Positions 48,807 through 59,095 of a stretch of 60,108 bases of DNA are shown in pieces (position 1 is the first letter of the stretch; each line of letters starts with the position of its first letter). The position numbers were made by a program, and so were the translations under genes. Source of the DNA: an uncultured Cellvibrionales bacterium (GTDB taxonomy: Bacteria; Pseudomonadota; Gammaproteobacteria; Pseudomonadales; Cellvibrionaceae). The stretch spans positions 1-60,108 of the forward strand of contig CAWVSV010000001.1 in the NCBI GenBank assembly GCA_963933095.1, in the 5' to 3' direction. A model generated the notes under the pieces. That model ran no database searches. It was not told the DNA's origin and saw nothing but the letters and a program-made list of their open reading frames with translations.

Positions 48807-49349
48807 CTAGAATTCCAATTCTTCGATGGTATTAGTGTGGTTGGTATAGACGCATATATCTCCGGCCACTTTGAGTCCCGCCTGAACGATTTCTCGGGCG
48901 CTCATGTCGGGGTTATGATCGAGCAGGGCACGCGCGGCGGATTGTGCGTAAGGGCCGCCTGAGCCGATGGCGATCAGGTCGTCTTCGGGCTGAATCACGT
49001 CGCCGTTACCGGTAATAATAAGTGAAGCCTCTTCGTTGGCCACAGCTAACAGGGCTTCAAGTTTGCGCAGCGCGCGGTCAGAACGCCAGTCTTTGGCCAG
49101 CTCTACGGCGGCGCGCACTAGCTGACCGTTGTGGGCTTCTAACTTGGCTTCAAAGCGCTCGAACAAGGTAAAAGCGTCTGCGGTGCCGCCGGCAAACCCA
49201 GCGATGACAGTACCATTGTAGAGCCGACGGACCTTGCGGGCATTCCCTTTCATTATGGTATTGCCGAGAGAGACCTGGCCGTCGCCACCGATAACAACCT
49301 TGTTGCCTCGGCGCACGGAGAGAATAGTGGTGCCTCGATACTGTTCCAC
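48807..49349 (-). CDS. hslV: ATP-dependent protease subunit HslV
   Basis: 180 aa. [38 protein letters not shown]. The GTG start gives a short MEQYRG propeptide before the catalytic Thr, as in many HslV proteins. Confidence 0.95.
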   Translation of the reverse strand: MEQYRGTTILSVRRGNKVVIGGDGQVSLGNTIMKGNARKVRRLYNGTVIAGFAGGTADAFTLFERFEAKLEAHNGQLVRAAVELAKDWRSDRALRKLEALLAVANEEASLIITGNGDVIQPEDDLIAIGSGGPYAQSAARALLDHNPDMSAREIVQAGLKVAGDICVYTNHTNTIEELEF

Positions 49350-49386
49350 AGAAAATTCCTTCGTTCATGTTTAATAGGTTAAAGAA

Positions 49387-49416
49387 ATAGTGGGGGGTTA
49401 AGGAGGAAAATTCAAG
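49387..49416 (-). promoter_or_regulatory. Sigma32 (heat-shock)-like promoter for hslVU
   Basis: The minus strand reads CTTGAA (49416-49411), a 15-nt spacer, then CCCCACTAT (49395-49387). The consensus is CTTGAAA-N13-17-CCCCATnT. The element lies ~40 nt upstream of the hslV start, and RBS GAAGGA follows. Confidence 0.5.
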
Positions 49417-49435
49417 TAAAGCTGAGGCTTTACTT
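49414..49435 (-). terminator. Hairpin downstream of the SPOR/FtsN-like gene (possible terminator overlapping the hslV promoter)
   Basis: AAGTAAAGC-tgag-GCTTTACTT is a perfect 9-bp stem. On the minus strand it is followed by GAATTTTCC. Confidence 0.45.
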
Positions 49436-49479
49436 GTGATAATGTGATTGCGAATTGTACGAATGATGTGCGGTGTTTA

Positions 49480-50079
49480 TTAGATATTGGTTTTACGTGT
49501 GATCACCCAAATGTCGATCTTATTATCGGCCAAAGTACTGCGATCTTTACTCATTTTAGTGCGATTAGGGTAAGGGCCAACCAGCACACGGTAGTAGCTG
49601 TCGTTATTACGTTTTTTAAACTGTTCGATATTGACATCCATATTCATCATCAGTAATTCTGCTCGCAGACGATCGGCGTCTTCAGTGCGCTTAAATGAGC
49701 CCACTTGCATTAGGTATTCAATAGGCTCGGCGCTGCTGAGGGCAGCGCTTTCGGTGGGCTTGGTGGCATTGCGCGGGACCTCAACTTTATCCTCTTCTAG
49801 TAATTGATAAAAATCAAAGCGTGGCTTCGGGGCAGCACGGTCTTGCCGAGCTGTGTGATTAGTGGCTGAGGTTAATTTTACCGGGGCTTCTGTAGCGGCA
49901 ATGGCGGTGCTCTCGCTACTGGGCAGCCCGCCTAAGTAAGTAAGGAACATGACAAAGGCGCCGACTGCTGTGCCGGTGAATAGCCATACCCAAGCGGGAA
50001 CCTGAGACTTAGGCTTGGGCTTTTTTTTGGGTGAGCGCGGAACCTTGCGGCGCGGCTTTTTGGCGAAGTCTTGAGTCAT
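49480..50079 (-). CDS. SPOR-domain cell-division protein (FtsN-like)
   Basis: 199 aa with a basic N-terminus, one TM helix, a linker and a C-terminal SPOR domain (YLMQVGSFKRTEDADRLRAEL...YYRVLVGPY). Its position between priA and hslV matches E. coli ftsN. Confidence 0.8.
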   Translation of the reverse strand: MTQDFAKKPRRKVPRSPKKKPKPKSQVPAWVWLFTGTAVGAFVMFLTYLGGLPSSESTAIAATEAPVKLTSATNHTARQDRAAPKPRFDFYQLLEEDKVEVPRNATKPTESAALSSAEPIEYLMQVGSFKRTEDADRLRAELLMMNMDVNIEQFKKRNNDSYYRVLVGPYPNRTKMSKDRSTLADNKIDIWVITRKTNI

Positions 50080-50153
50080 GGTTGCTATCTACGGTCGAAA
50101 GTCAGCATAAAAACTGCTGCCATTGTAAGGGCTGTTGGGTGTTGGGGAAAGAT

Positions 50154-52346
50154 TTAGGACATATCTTGTGGATCAACATCTATTGCCCAGCGAATTTTGC
50201 GGGCATTTTTATGGTTTTCCATGTGTTGCGCCAGCAGTTTTAGTAGCTGTTGTAAGGGGCCGCGCTTGGCCGCATTGATTTGTAGTTGAAAGCGGTAGCG
50301 GTCGTTGCGCCTCTCCATAATGGCGGGCAGCGGGCCTAAATAGTTGAGCTGGACGCTACTGGGGTGTAATTGCTCGGCCAGATTGCGCGCCTGCTGCAAA
50401 AAATTATTGGCGCTGTTGGCGAATTTTGATTCGGCTTTAATAATCGCTAAGTAGCGATAGGGCGGCAAATGGCCTATATGTCGCTCTTTTAATAGCATTT
50501 GGGCGAAGTGGTGGTAGTTGTAGTTAAGTAAGGTATCCATTAAGGGGTGGTCGATACAGTGCGATTGAATCACCACTCGACCGGATTTCTTGGCGCGCCC
50601 GGCACGCCCAGCAACCTGGGTGATTAACTGACCCATCCGTTCAGGGCCGCGAAAATCGGCACTAAAAAGTCCGCCATCGGCATCGATAATGGCTACTAAG
50701 GTGACGTCGGGGAAATGGTGCCCCTTGGCCAGCATTTGCGTGCCGACCAATATACAAGGATCGCCCGAGTGGATGATGTCTAACATATCGGCCATGGCGT
50801 TTTTTTTGCGAGTGGTGTCGCGGTCGATACGCAGCACTTTAGTGTTTGGAAATATCTGCTGTAGGTCGTCCTCGCTGCGCTCGGTGCCCTGACCCATGGG
50901 CTGTATATGAGGGCTTTGGCAGTCTGGGCATTGCTGTGGAACCGGTGCTTGGTGGTCGCAGTGGTGGCAGTGCAAATGAAAGGGGTGCTGGTGTACGGTC
51001 ATGCGTGCATCGCAATTACGACACAGCGCTTGCCAGCCGCAGTCATGGCACAGCAGGGTAGGGGCATAGCCGCGCCGGTTAATAAAAACTAGCGCCTGAT
51101 TGCCGCGGTCTAGGGTGTCAGTAATGGCATCCAGCGTTTCGCTGGCAAAACCGTTTTGTAGCGTCTGCTGGCGAATATCAATGGCGCTTAAAACCGGTGG
51201 CTTGGCATTGCCGGCGCGCTGCTTTAAATGCAAGTGCTTGTAGCGGCCCTCGAGTGCATTGTGCAGGGTCTCTAGTGCTGGCGTGGCTGTGCCGAGCACT
51301 AGTGGTACATTCTCGCGCTGGGCGCGTACGGCGGCAAAATCGCGGGCCGAGTAGCGAAATCCATCTTGCTGTTTAAATGAAGGGTCGTGCTCTTCGTCGA
51401 TAATAATAATACCGAGCTCTTTTAGCGGCGTGAACACCGCCGAACGAGTACCGATAATAATGCGAGCGATACCCTCCCGGGCGCGCAGCCATCCTTGTAA
51501 GCGCTCTTTGTCGCTGAGGCCCGAGTGTAAAGTGGCGATTGGTGTGTTGAATCGGCGGGCAAAGCGGCCAATGGTCTGCGGTGTGAGGCCGATTTCGGGG
51601 ATCAGCACTAGCGCCTGCTTGCCATCCTTTAATACCTGCTCGATGGCCTGCAGGTAGACCTCTGTTTTACCGCTGCCGGTAGTTCCCTCGAGTAGATAGG
51701 AGTTGTAGGTTTTTAAGTCAATGTGTTGGAGTGCATGTTTTTGTTCGATGTTCAGCGACAGCGGTGTTTCACTGAGCAGAGGCTGATGAGCATTGCTGTC
51801 GATGGTGTAGCTGGGTAAAAGGTCAAACTCTTCGATTAGGTTTTTATCGAGTAGGGCTTTTACGGTGGCGCGACTAATATTGCGTCGGCAGAGTTCGGTG
51901 CGGTTAATATGGCCTGACTGCAGCGTTTTTATGAGTTCTGCCTGTTTTTTGGCTCGTTTAAGCGCCCCCACTGGCAGGCCTTTACCGTCGGTGGAGAGAC
52001 GCCAGTGGGTCTCGCCGCTTAACACTGCGGCCGCGCCTTGACGCAATAATGTTGGCAAGGTGGCGAATAAAGCATCACCCTCGGGGGCCTGATAGTAGTT
52101 GGCGGCCCAGCGCAGTAGCTGAAGATGCTCGAGCGGAATCAGAGGTGCAGCATCGATTAGCGCCAGCGCCGGTTTTAACTTTTCAACGGGTAGGTTGGAG
52201 TGGTCTTTGACCTCAATTAATAGACCGCACAACTGCTGGTGACCAAAGGGGACGCTAAGTCGCATGCCCGGTTTAAGGTTGTTGGGGTCGGTATCTGCAG
52301 GCGGCAGGTAGTCAAAGCTGCGTCGCAGAGGTGTGGCCAGAGCCAT
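50154..52346 (-). CDS. priA: Primosomal protein N' (replication restart helicase PriA)
   Basis: The ATG at 52346 gives MALATPLRRSFDYLPP. The track start is a TTG 23 codons upstream. Walker A is GTTGSGKTEVY, the DEEH box is IIDEEHD, and a Cys-rich Zn-finger region is present (CHDCGW..CRNCD...CHHCD...CPDC). Confidence 0.93.
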   Translation of the reverse strand: MALATPLRRSFDYLPPADTDPNNLKPGMRLSVPFGHQQLCGLLIEVKDHSNLPVEKLKPALALIDAAPLIPLEHLQLLRWAANYYQAPEGDALFATLPTLLRQGAAAVLSGETHWRLSTDGKGLPVGALKRAKKQAELIKTLQSGHINRTELCRRNISRATVKALLDKNLIEEFDLLPSYTIDSNAHQPLLSETPLSLNIEQKHALQHIDLKTYNSYLLEGTTGSGKTEVYLQAIEQVLKDGKQALVLIPEIGLTPQTIGRFARRFNTPIATLHSGLSDKERLQGWLRAREGIARIIIGTRSAVFTPLKELGIIIIDEEHDPSFKQQDGFRYSARDFAAVRAQRENVPLVLGTATPALETLHNALEGRYKHLHLKQRAGNAKPPVLSAIDIRQQTLQNGFASETLDAITDTLDRGNQALVFINRRGYAPTLLCHDCGWQALCRNCDARMTVHQHPFHLHCHHCDHQAPVPQQCPDCQSPHIQPMGQGTERSEDDLQQIFPNTKVLRIDRDTTRKKNAMADMLDIIHSGDPCILVGTQMLAKGHHFPDVTLVAIIDADGGLFSADFRGPERMGQLITQVAGRAGRAKKSGRVVIQSHCIDHPLMDTLLNYNYHHFAQMLLKERHIGHLPPYRYLAIIKAESKFANSANNFLQQARNLAEQLHPSSVQLNYLGPLPAIMERRNDRYRFQLQINAAKRGPLQQLLKLLAQHMENHKNARKIRWAIDVDPQDMS

Positions 52347-52533
52347 TTCGAGTATTTTCAAGTTGCGGCTCTGCTCTATAATAGAATGTGGGTTAAGTGA
52401 TGCATAAATGCGCAAAGCGCTTGCGCGTTAACGGCTTAACACTTAAAATTCGCGGCCTAAATCTAACTACACTAACCGTTGTACGGTGCTCGGCACAAGA
52501 TCGAGTGGCGGTACACAAAGGCAAAGGTAAAAC

Positions 52534-52752
52534 ATGCAAAACGAAATCCACCCTAATTATACCGCTATTACTGCAACTTGCAGCTGTGGCAACATTGTTG
52601 AAACTAAGTCTACTATGGGCAAAGATATCAATCTTGATATTTGTTCTGCGTGCCACCCTTTCTATACGGGTAAGCAGAAGACTGCTGATACCGGTGGTCG
52701 TGTTGACCGCTTCCAGAAGCGCTTCGGCAGCCGCATTGGCGGTAAGAAGTAA
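52534..52752 (+). CDS. rpmE: 50S ribosomal protein L31 (Zn-ribbon type A)
   Basis: 72 aa. MQNEIHPNY...CSCG...[13 protein letters not shown]. Confidence 0.96.
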   Translation: MQNEIHPNYTAITATCSCGNIVETKSTMGKDINLDICSACHPFYTGKQKTADTGGRVDRFQKRFGSRIGGKK

Positions 52753-52778
52753 GCATTGCTTAACTTCTTCGAAGACAC

Positions 52779-52806
52779 AAAAAAAGCGCCTAAGGGCGCT
52801 TTTTTT
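52779..52806 (+). terminator. Rho-independent terminator of rpmE
   Basis: A7, AAGCGCC-taag-GGCGCTT, then a T-run ending at 52806. Confidence 0.85.
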
Positions 52807-53589
52807 GTGGGTGTTATTTGTGTGCTACTGACTATTTCGAGTACTGAGGCGAGCGATTGCGTTTTGTCCGGTGGCGAATGGGCAGATGTGGATTACGTAT
52901 ACGACGGCGATACTCTGCGTTTAAATGATGGTCGAAAAATTCGTTTGTTGGGAGTAAATGCGCCGGAGTTGGCCCGGCCAAAACGGTGGGGTGGTCGACC
53001 GTCACAGGCGCTAGCAGATGACGCTAGAATAGCGGTGACACAATTTTTCGCTGAGTCGCCACGCGTTCGATTGGTTTATGATGTTAAACGACGCGACCGC
53101 TACCAGCGCACCTTGGCGCATGTGTTTAACTCGCAGGGTGATAGTCTCGAAACTTTCTTGCTAAGGCGGGGTTTGGCTTTTCATATCGCTATACCGCCCA
53201 ACCTAGCTTTGGCTAAGTGCTTTGCTCTCAGCGCCGAGTGGGCGCGCTCAAAAAATTTAGGTGTTTGGTCGCACAAGGATTGGCGCCCGCTAGAGGGTCT
53301 TGATACCAAAGAAACCGGTTTTCGTCGAGTGCGCGGGCGGGTTGAAACCATCACTCAAAACGGCACTTGGTGGCTGGAATTGGATGTTCCTTTGGTGTTA
53401 AAAGTGACCGCGGCTGACCGTGCATACTTCCCTGATTATGACTGGGCGGGGCTTTTACGCAAGCGAGTGGAGGTGTCGGGCTGGTTAATCTACCGCTCTC
53501 AACAGGCCTCAATTAGACAGAAAAAACACGCTTACAAGCCTTATATAATGCGCTTGCGCACGCCCTATGCACTGCGTCTTCTAGATTGA
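52807..53589 (+). CDS. Secreted thermonuclease (staphylococcal nuclease-like)
   Basis: Motifs: DGDTLRL.DGRKIRLLGVNAPE...R..D.YQRTLAHV. The track start (TTG 52756) would place the rpmE terminator inside the gene. GTG at 52807 or 52822 gives a signal-peptide-like N-terminus (GVICVLLTISSTEA). The start is uncertain. Confidence 0.7.
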   Translation: MGVICVLLTISSTEASDCVLSGGEWADVDYVYDGDTLRLNDGRKIRLLGVNAPELARPKRWGGRPSQALADDARIAVTQFFAESPRVRLVYDVKRRDRYQRTLAHVFNSQGDSLETFLLRRGLAFHIAIPPNLALAKCFALSAEWARSKNLGVWSHKDWRPLEGLDTKETGFRRVRGRVETITQNGTWWLELDVPLVLKVTAADRAYFPDYDWAGLLRKRVEVSGWLIYRSQQASIRQKKHAYKPYIMRLRTPYALRLLD

Positions 53590-53609
53590 AGGAGCTGATT
53601 AATTCACGC

Positions 53610-56156
53610 TTAAAAGATCTCCTCCGGTAGCTCTTCGGTGACACTGTTGCCATCTATTGCCATCGCTTCGGTCTCGATCAGCTGTGGCTCATTACCTGCG
53701 CGAAAGATTTCAAAAATGGCATTGCTGCTACCGGGCTGGGCTCTCAGACCTGTTGCAGGGTCGATGCGAACTGTCACTAATCCGTCAGGTTGCTGCTTTG
53801 GGACTTCTGGGTGCTCAATTAGGGCCAGTTGCATATAATCGAGCCAGATCGGTAGTGCGGCCGAACCGCCGTATTCATTCCTGCCCAGTGGGGTGTTGCG
53901 GTCAAAGCCAAGCCATGTGGTTGTTATGACGCTGGGGCTGTAGCCTGAAAACCAGGCGTCACGAGGGCCATTGGTGGTGCCAGTCTTGCCTGCTATGTCA
54001 GTTCGACCTAAGGCGCGAGCACGGCGGCCGGTACCGTGCTGAACAACGTCTCGCAGCATAGAGTCAATAATGTAGGCGACCCGCGGATCAAGTACGCGAG
54101 GGGCGGAGGGCAGGTCTTTCCCCTGCGTAACAAATTCAATGTCTGCTGGAACGATGTTAATCGCTTCTTCTGTGGTCTCATTGTTCGCCAATTTTTCTAA
54201 TGTTTCGGTGTCAATAACTTCTACTGGGTTCTCTTCATAATTGCTCCGGTTATCGCAGTCACGACAAACGGTTAGCGGTTGGCTGAGGTAAATGCTTTTA
54301 CCATCGACATCTTCGATAGAGTCAATTAAAAAGGGTTTTACGCGGAAGCCACCGTTGGCAAACACAGCATAACCGGTGGCGATTTGGAGTGGTGTTAAAG
54401 CGTGACTACCAAGCGCTAAAGATAAGACACGGGGCATCTCACTGGTGTCAAAACCAAAGCGTTCGAGACCAGAGAGTGCGTTATCGATGCCGATGCCACG
54501 TAGCACGCGAATGGAGACAAGGTTGCGGGATTTGTAAAGCGCTTGACGTAAGCGAGTGGGGCCAAAGAATTTACCACTGGCATTTTCGGGGCGCCAGGCT
54601 GTTTCAAGGCCTGAGTCATCAAAGACAATCGGCGCGTCATTCATAATGGTGGCGGAGGTGAAGCCGTGCTCCAGTGCGGTGCTGTAAATAAAGGGTTTGA
54701 AGTTGGAACCCGGTTGGCGCGCGGCTTGAATGACGCGGTTAAAGTGACTTTGTTGGAAGTCGAAGCCACCGACCATAGACAGGATTGCTCCATTCTCAGG
54801 ATTGAGAGAAACTAAAGCCGCTTGCGCTGCTGGAATTTGTCGGAGTCGCCAAGTGTTTTCACCGTCACTGTCGGTTTGCTCTATGCGAATTATATCGCCA
54901 ACCGCAGCGATGTCGGCAGCGGTTTTAGGTGCTGCGCTGCGGCGATTTTCACTGAGGTAGCGGCGTGCAGTGGACAATCCGTCCTCCCAATTAAGGGTGG
55001 CATCGCTGCTGTCGGCAAGCAATACATCGATTGAATTGCTGTGCACTGCTGTTACAGCCGCCGCTTTAAGCCCCGCTACGTCAGGAAGTTTTTTCAGTTT
55101 TGCCAGCCACTCAGCGTAGAGTTGTGTTGCCTCCGCTGTGGACTCCGGTGACATGGTCAGTGGCGGCAGTGTTTCTTCAGGGCCGCGGTAGCCGTGGCGA
55201 TGATCATAATCTAAAAGACCGGTAACTATGCTACTTTGAGCCTTGTCTTGCAGGGTGCTATCAACAGTCGTGTAAACACGGTAGCCCTCGGTGTAGGCAC
55301 TTTTACCTAATAATTGAATAGCTTCTTTACGGGCTTGTTCGGCAATATAGGGCGCTTGTAAATCGAGCGGTGAGCCGTGATAGCTAGCGGTAACTGCTTC
55401 GGCCTTGGCGGCGTTGAACTCATCGCTGCCTATATAACCTAGCTCTAACATGCGATCGAGAATCCAGTCGCGACGAATCAGTGCGCGGCTTGGATTGGCT
55501 ATTGGGTTATAGGCCGAAGGCGCTTTAGGTAAACCGGCGATCATTGCTAGCTGGGCCAAGCTTAATTCATCGATACCTTTGCCATAGTAAACGTTAGCAG
55601 ATGCTTGAATGCCATAGGCGCGATTGCCTAAATAGATTTTATTGACGTAGAGTTCAAGAATTTCGGCTTTGCTGAGTTTTTGTTCGATTTGCAAGGCTAG
55701 CAAAATCTCATTGAACTTCCTGGCAAAGGTTTGATTGCGGGTGAGGAAGAAATTTCGCGCGACTTGCATGGTAATAGTGCTGCCGCCGGTTTGAATATGA
55801 CCCGATTGCAAGAGTTGTGAGGCGGCTCGCATAAGTCCCTTAATAGAAACTCCATTATGCGCGTAGAATTGATCATCTTCGGCGGCTAATATGGCGTCAA
55901 TATAATATTGCGGGATGTCTTTGTAGGCGATGGGGTAGCGACGCTTTTCGCCAAACTCACCGATTAGACGATCGTCGCGGGAATAAATGCGCAGCGGAGT
56001 TTGCAGTTTAACTTGGCGCAAAGTTTCAACAGCTGGTAATTTAGGGCTAAGGTAAAGATAAAGTCCGGCAAATAACAGGGTACTGCCACAGATACCTGCT
56101 AGGGATAGCCATGACAAGACGGAAATGTATTTGTTTTGAAATATGTATTTTCCCAT
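53610..56156 (-). CDS. mrcA: Penicillin-binding protein 1A (bifunctional transglycosylase/transpeptidase)
   Basis: 848 aa. GT51 motifs are AAEDDQFY, GGSTITMQ and RKFNEILLA. Transpeptidase motifs are SNFKP and KTGTT. It is divergent from pilM, as in Pseudomonas. Confidence 0.93.
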   Translation of the reverse strand: MGKYIFQNKYISVLSWLSLAGICGSTLLFAGLYLYLSPKLPAVETLRQVKLQTPLRIYSRDDRLIGEFGEKRRYPIAYKDIPQYYIDAILAAEDDQFYAHNGVSIKGLMRAASQLLQSGHIQTGGSTITMQVARNFFLTRNQTFARKFNEILLALQIEQKLSKAEILELYVNKIYLGNRAYGIQASANVYYGKGIDELSLAQLAMIAGLPKAPSAYNPIANPSRALIRRDWILDRMLELGYIGSDEFNAAKAEAVTASYHGSPLDLQAPYIAEQARKEAIQLLGKSAYTEGYRVYTTVDSTLQDKAQSSIVTGLLDYDHRHGYRGPEETLPPLTMSPESTAEATQLYAEWLAKLKKLPDVAGLKAAAVTAVHSNSIDVLLADSSDATLNWEDGLSTARRYLSENRRSAAPKTAADIAAVGDIIRIEQTDSDGENTWRLRQIPAAQAALVSLNPENGAILSMVGGFDFQQSHFNRVIQAARQPGSNFKPFIYSTALEHGFTSATIMNDAPIVFDDSGLETAWRPENASGKFFGPTRLRQALYKSRNLVSIRVLRGIGIDNALSGLERFGFDTSEMPRVLSLALGSHALTPLQIATGYAVFANGGFRVKPFLIDSIEDVDGKSIYLSQPLTVCRDCDNRSNYEENPVEVIDTETLEKLANNETTEEAINIVPADIEFVTQGKDLPSAPRVLDPRVAYIIDSMLRDVVQHGTGRRARALGRTDIAGKTGTTNGPRDAWFSGYSPSVITTTWLGFDRNTPLGRNEYGGSAALPIWLDYMQLALIEHPEVPKQQPDGLVTVRIDPATGLRAQPGSSNAIFEIFRAGNEPQLIETEAMAIDGNSVTEELPEEIF

Positions 56157-56280
56157 AAGAAATAATGGCTTAGCTCACAGTTTGGGGGTGGCCTGTATTA
56201 TACGACCTTTTTCAGGGTTTACATATTGTATAGTTTGGTGCAGTCTTCAGTTAAAGTGCTATAACATCAATAATACGTAA

Positions 56281-57371
<1,091 letters not shown>

Positions 57372-57372
<1 letters not shown>

Positions 57373-57947
57373 TGGCGAACATCAACCTATTACCTTGGCG
57401 CGAACAGTACCGCGCAGAAAAGAAGAAAGAGTTTTTTTCGCTGCTCGCCAGTGTGTGCCTGTTTGCAGGGCTGGCATCATTCCTTTGGGTTAGCGCGGTT
57501 GAAAGTTCTATTTCAGGCCAAAATGCTCGGAATGCTCTTCTTAATACTGAAATTGCAGTCTTGAGCAAGCAGGTTCGAGAAATCAAAGAGTTGAAAAAAC
57601 AAAAGGCTGAATTGCTTGATCGCATGAAGGTGATTCAGGATTTGCAGGGCACTCGGCCCGTGATAGTGCGTCATTTCGATGAAATGGTGCGGGCAATACC
57701 AGACGGAGTTTTCCTGACAGCACTGACTAGTCGCGGTAAGGTCCTTAGCCTTAAGGGCATTGCGGAATCCAATAATCGAGTTTCAAGCTTGATGCGCAAT
57801 TTAGATGAATCAGGCTGGTTTGCTACACCTAATCTAACGTCAGTGAAAGATGCTAGCGAGTATGGCGAACAAGCCAATGCATTTGTTATGACTGTTCAGA
57901 CTGAAGTACCTAAATCGCAGCAACAGTCCCAACAAGAGGAGCTTTAA
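57372..57947 (+). CDS. pilN: Type IV pilus inner-membrane component PilN
   Basis: MANINLLPWRE is the canonical PilN N-terminus. Its ATG overlaps the pilM stop (TAATG). It has one TM helix. Confidence 0.9.
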
Positions 57948-57948
57948 C

Positions 57949-58563
57949 ATGGCTCTAGCAGATGTAGTTGAGCAGATAAAAGATTTTGATGTCAATGATA
58001 TTGATATCGACCGTATAGGTGTGTGGCCGGCAGTGGCGAAAATGGCGGTATGTATCGTTGCGGTCGTCGTGATCGGGGCGCTAACATATTTTATGCTGGT
58101 GAAAGATTTAAATATTAATCTAGATCGAGTCGTTGCCAAAGAGGCTGAGTTGAGGCGTTCATTTGAGCTAAAGAGCTTTGAAGCGGCTAACCTGGATGCT
58201 TATCGCGCACAAAAAGAAGAGATGAAAAAATCCTTGGCAGCGCTGGTGTCTCAGTTGCCAAGTGATACTGAAGTGCCGGGTCTATTGGAGGATATAGATG
58301 AGCGCGGCGCCGAAAGTGGACTAGATATTAATAGTATCAAGTTGCTGCCAGAGCGAGCCAAAGAGTTTTATATTGAATTGCCAATTGATATTGATATGGT
58401 CGGTGGTTATCACGATATGGGGTCGTTTGTCAGTGGTGTTGCCGCTATGCCTCGTATTGTAACCTTGCACGATTACGACATTAAGCTGGATAAGGGTGGT
58501 TCGCTGCTGGCGATTAAGATTAAAGCCAAAACTTATCGATATAAATCACAGGACGAGGGTTAA
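57949..58563 (+). CDS. pilO: Type IV pilus inner-membrane component PilO
   Basis: 204 aa with one TM helix and a coiled coil. The C-terminal part reads YHDMGSFVSGVAAMPRIVTLHD. Confidence 0.9.
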   Translation: MALADVVEQIKDFDVNDIDIDRIGVWPAVAKMAVCIVAVVVIGALTYFMLVKDLNINLDRVVAKEAELRRSFELKSFEAANLDAYRAQKEEMKKSLAALVSQLPSDTEVPGLLEDIDERGAESGLDINSIKLLPERAKEFYIELPIDIDMVGGYHDMGSFVSGVAAMPRIVTLHDYDIKLDKGGSLLAIKIKAKTYRYKSQDEG

Positions 58564-58565
58564 GC

Positions 58566-59090
58566 ATGAATTGTAAACTGTTCGTGCTTTTTCCCGTACT
58601 ACTAGCCTTGGTAGCTTGTACCGGTAGTGGCAATCAGGACCTTCGAGATTACATTGCGGAGGTTAAAAAGCGCCCTAAGGGCACAATTGAGCCGATACCG
58701 ACTTTTCGCCCCTATGAAGCATTTAGCTACAGCGCGGTGACATTACGCAGTCCTTTTGAGGTGCCACTGCCTGAAGCAGAAAAAGTATATGTTGCTGCAA
58801 GTGAGAATGTTAAACCCGACTTAAATCGTGAGAAAGAGGTGTTGGAAAGTTTCAATATCGCCTCGCTAAGGATGGTGGGTTCATTAACTCAGGGTGGCGT
58901 GCTTTGGGCTCTGGTTGACGATGGTACTGGTGAGGTACACCCCGTAACCAATGGTAATTACCTGGGTAAAAATCATGGTCGTATTGTCGCCGCTAATGAC
59001 GGCAGCGTAGAAATTGTAGAAATTGTTTCCAATGGCCGCGATGGCTGGGTTGAACGTCCAAGAACTCTAAAGATTAAAGAGAAGGAATAG
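58566..59090 (+). CDS. pilP: Type IV pilus lipoprotein PilP
   Basis: 174 aa. The lipobox is LVAC. The C-terminal beta domain reads LRMVGSL......ALV......VH.V..G.YLG.N.G.I. Confidence 0.88.
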   Translation: MNCKLFVLFPVLLALVACTGSGNQDLRDYIAEVKKRPKGTIEPIPTFRPYEAFSYSAVTLRSPFEVPLPEAEKVYVAASENVKPDLNREKEVLESFNIASLRMVGSLTQGGVLWALVDDGTGEVHPVTNGNYLGKNHGRIVAANDGSVEIVEIVSNGRDGWVERPRTLKIKEKE

Positions 59091-59095
59091 ATAGC

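Noticed and set aside
48807-49349. The N-terminal MEQYRG extension before the catalytic Thr of HslV, considered as an anomaly
   Set aside because: Short propeptides of this type (MEQF/YxG-TTI) occur in many proteobacterial HslV proteins, so this is not unusual.
52397-52831. A 144-aa plus-strand ORF overlapping rpmE in another frame
   Set aside because: It covers the priA-rpmE promoter region, rpmE itself and its terminator. rpmE is unambiguous.
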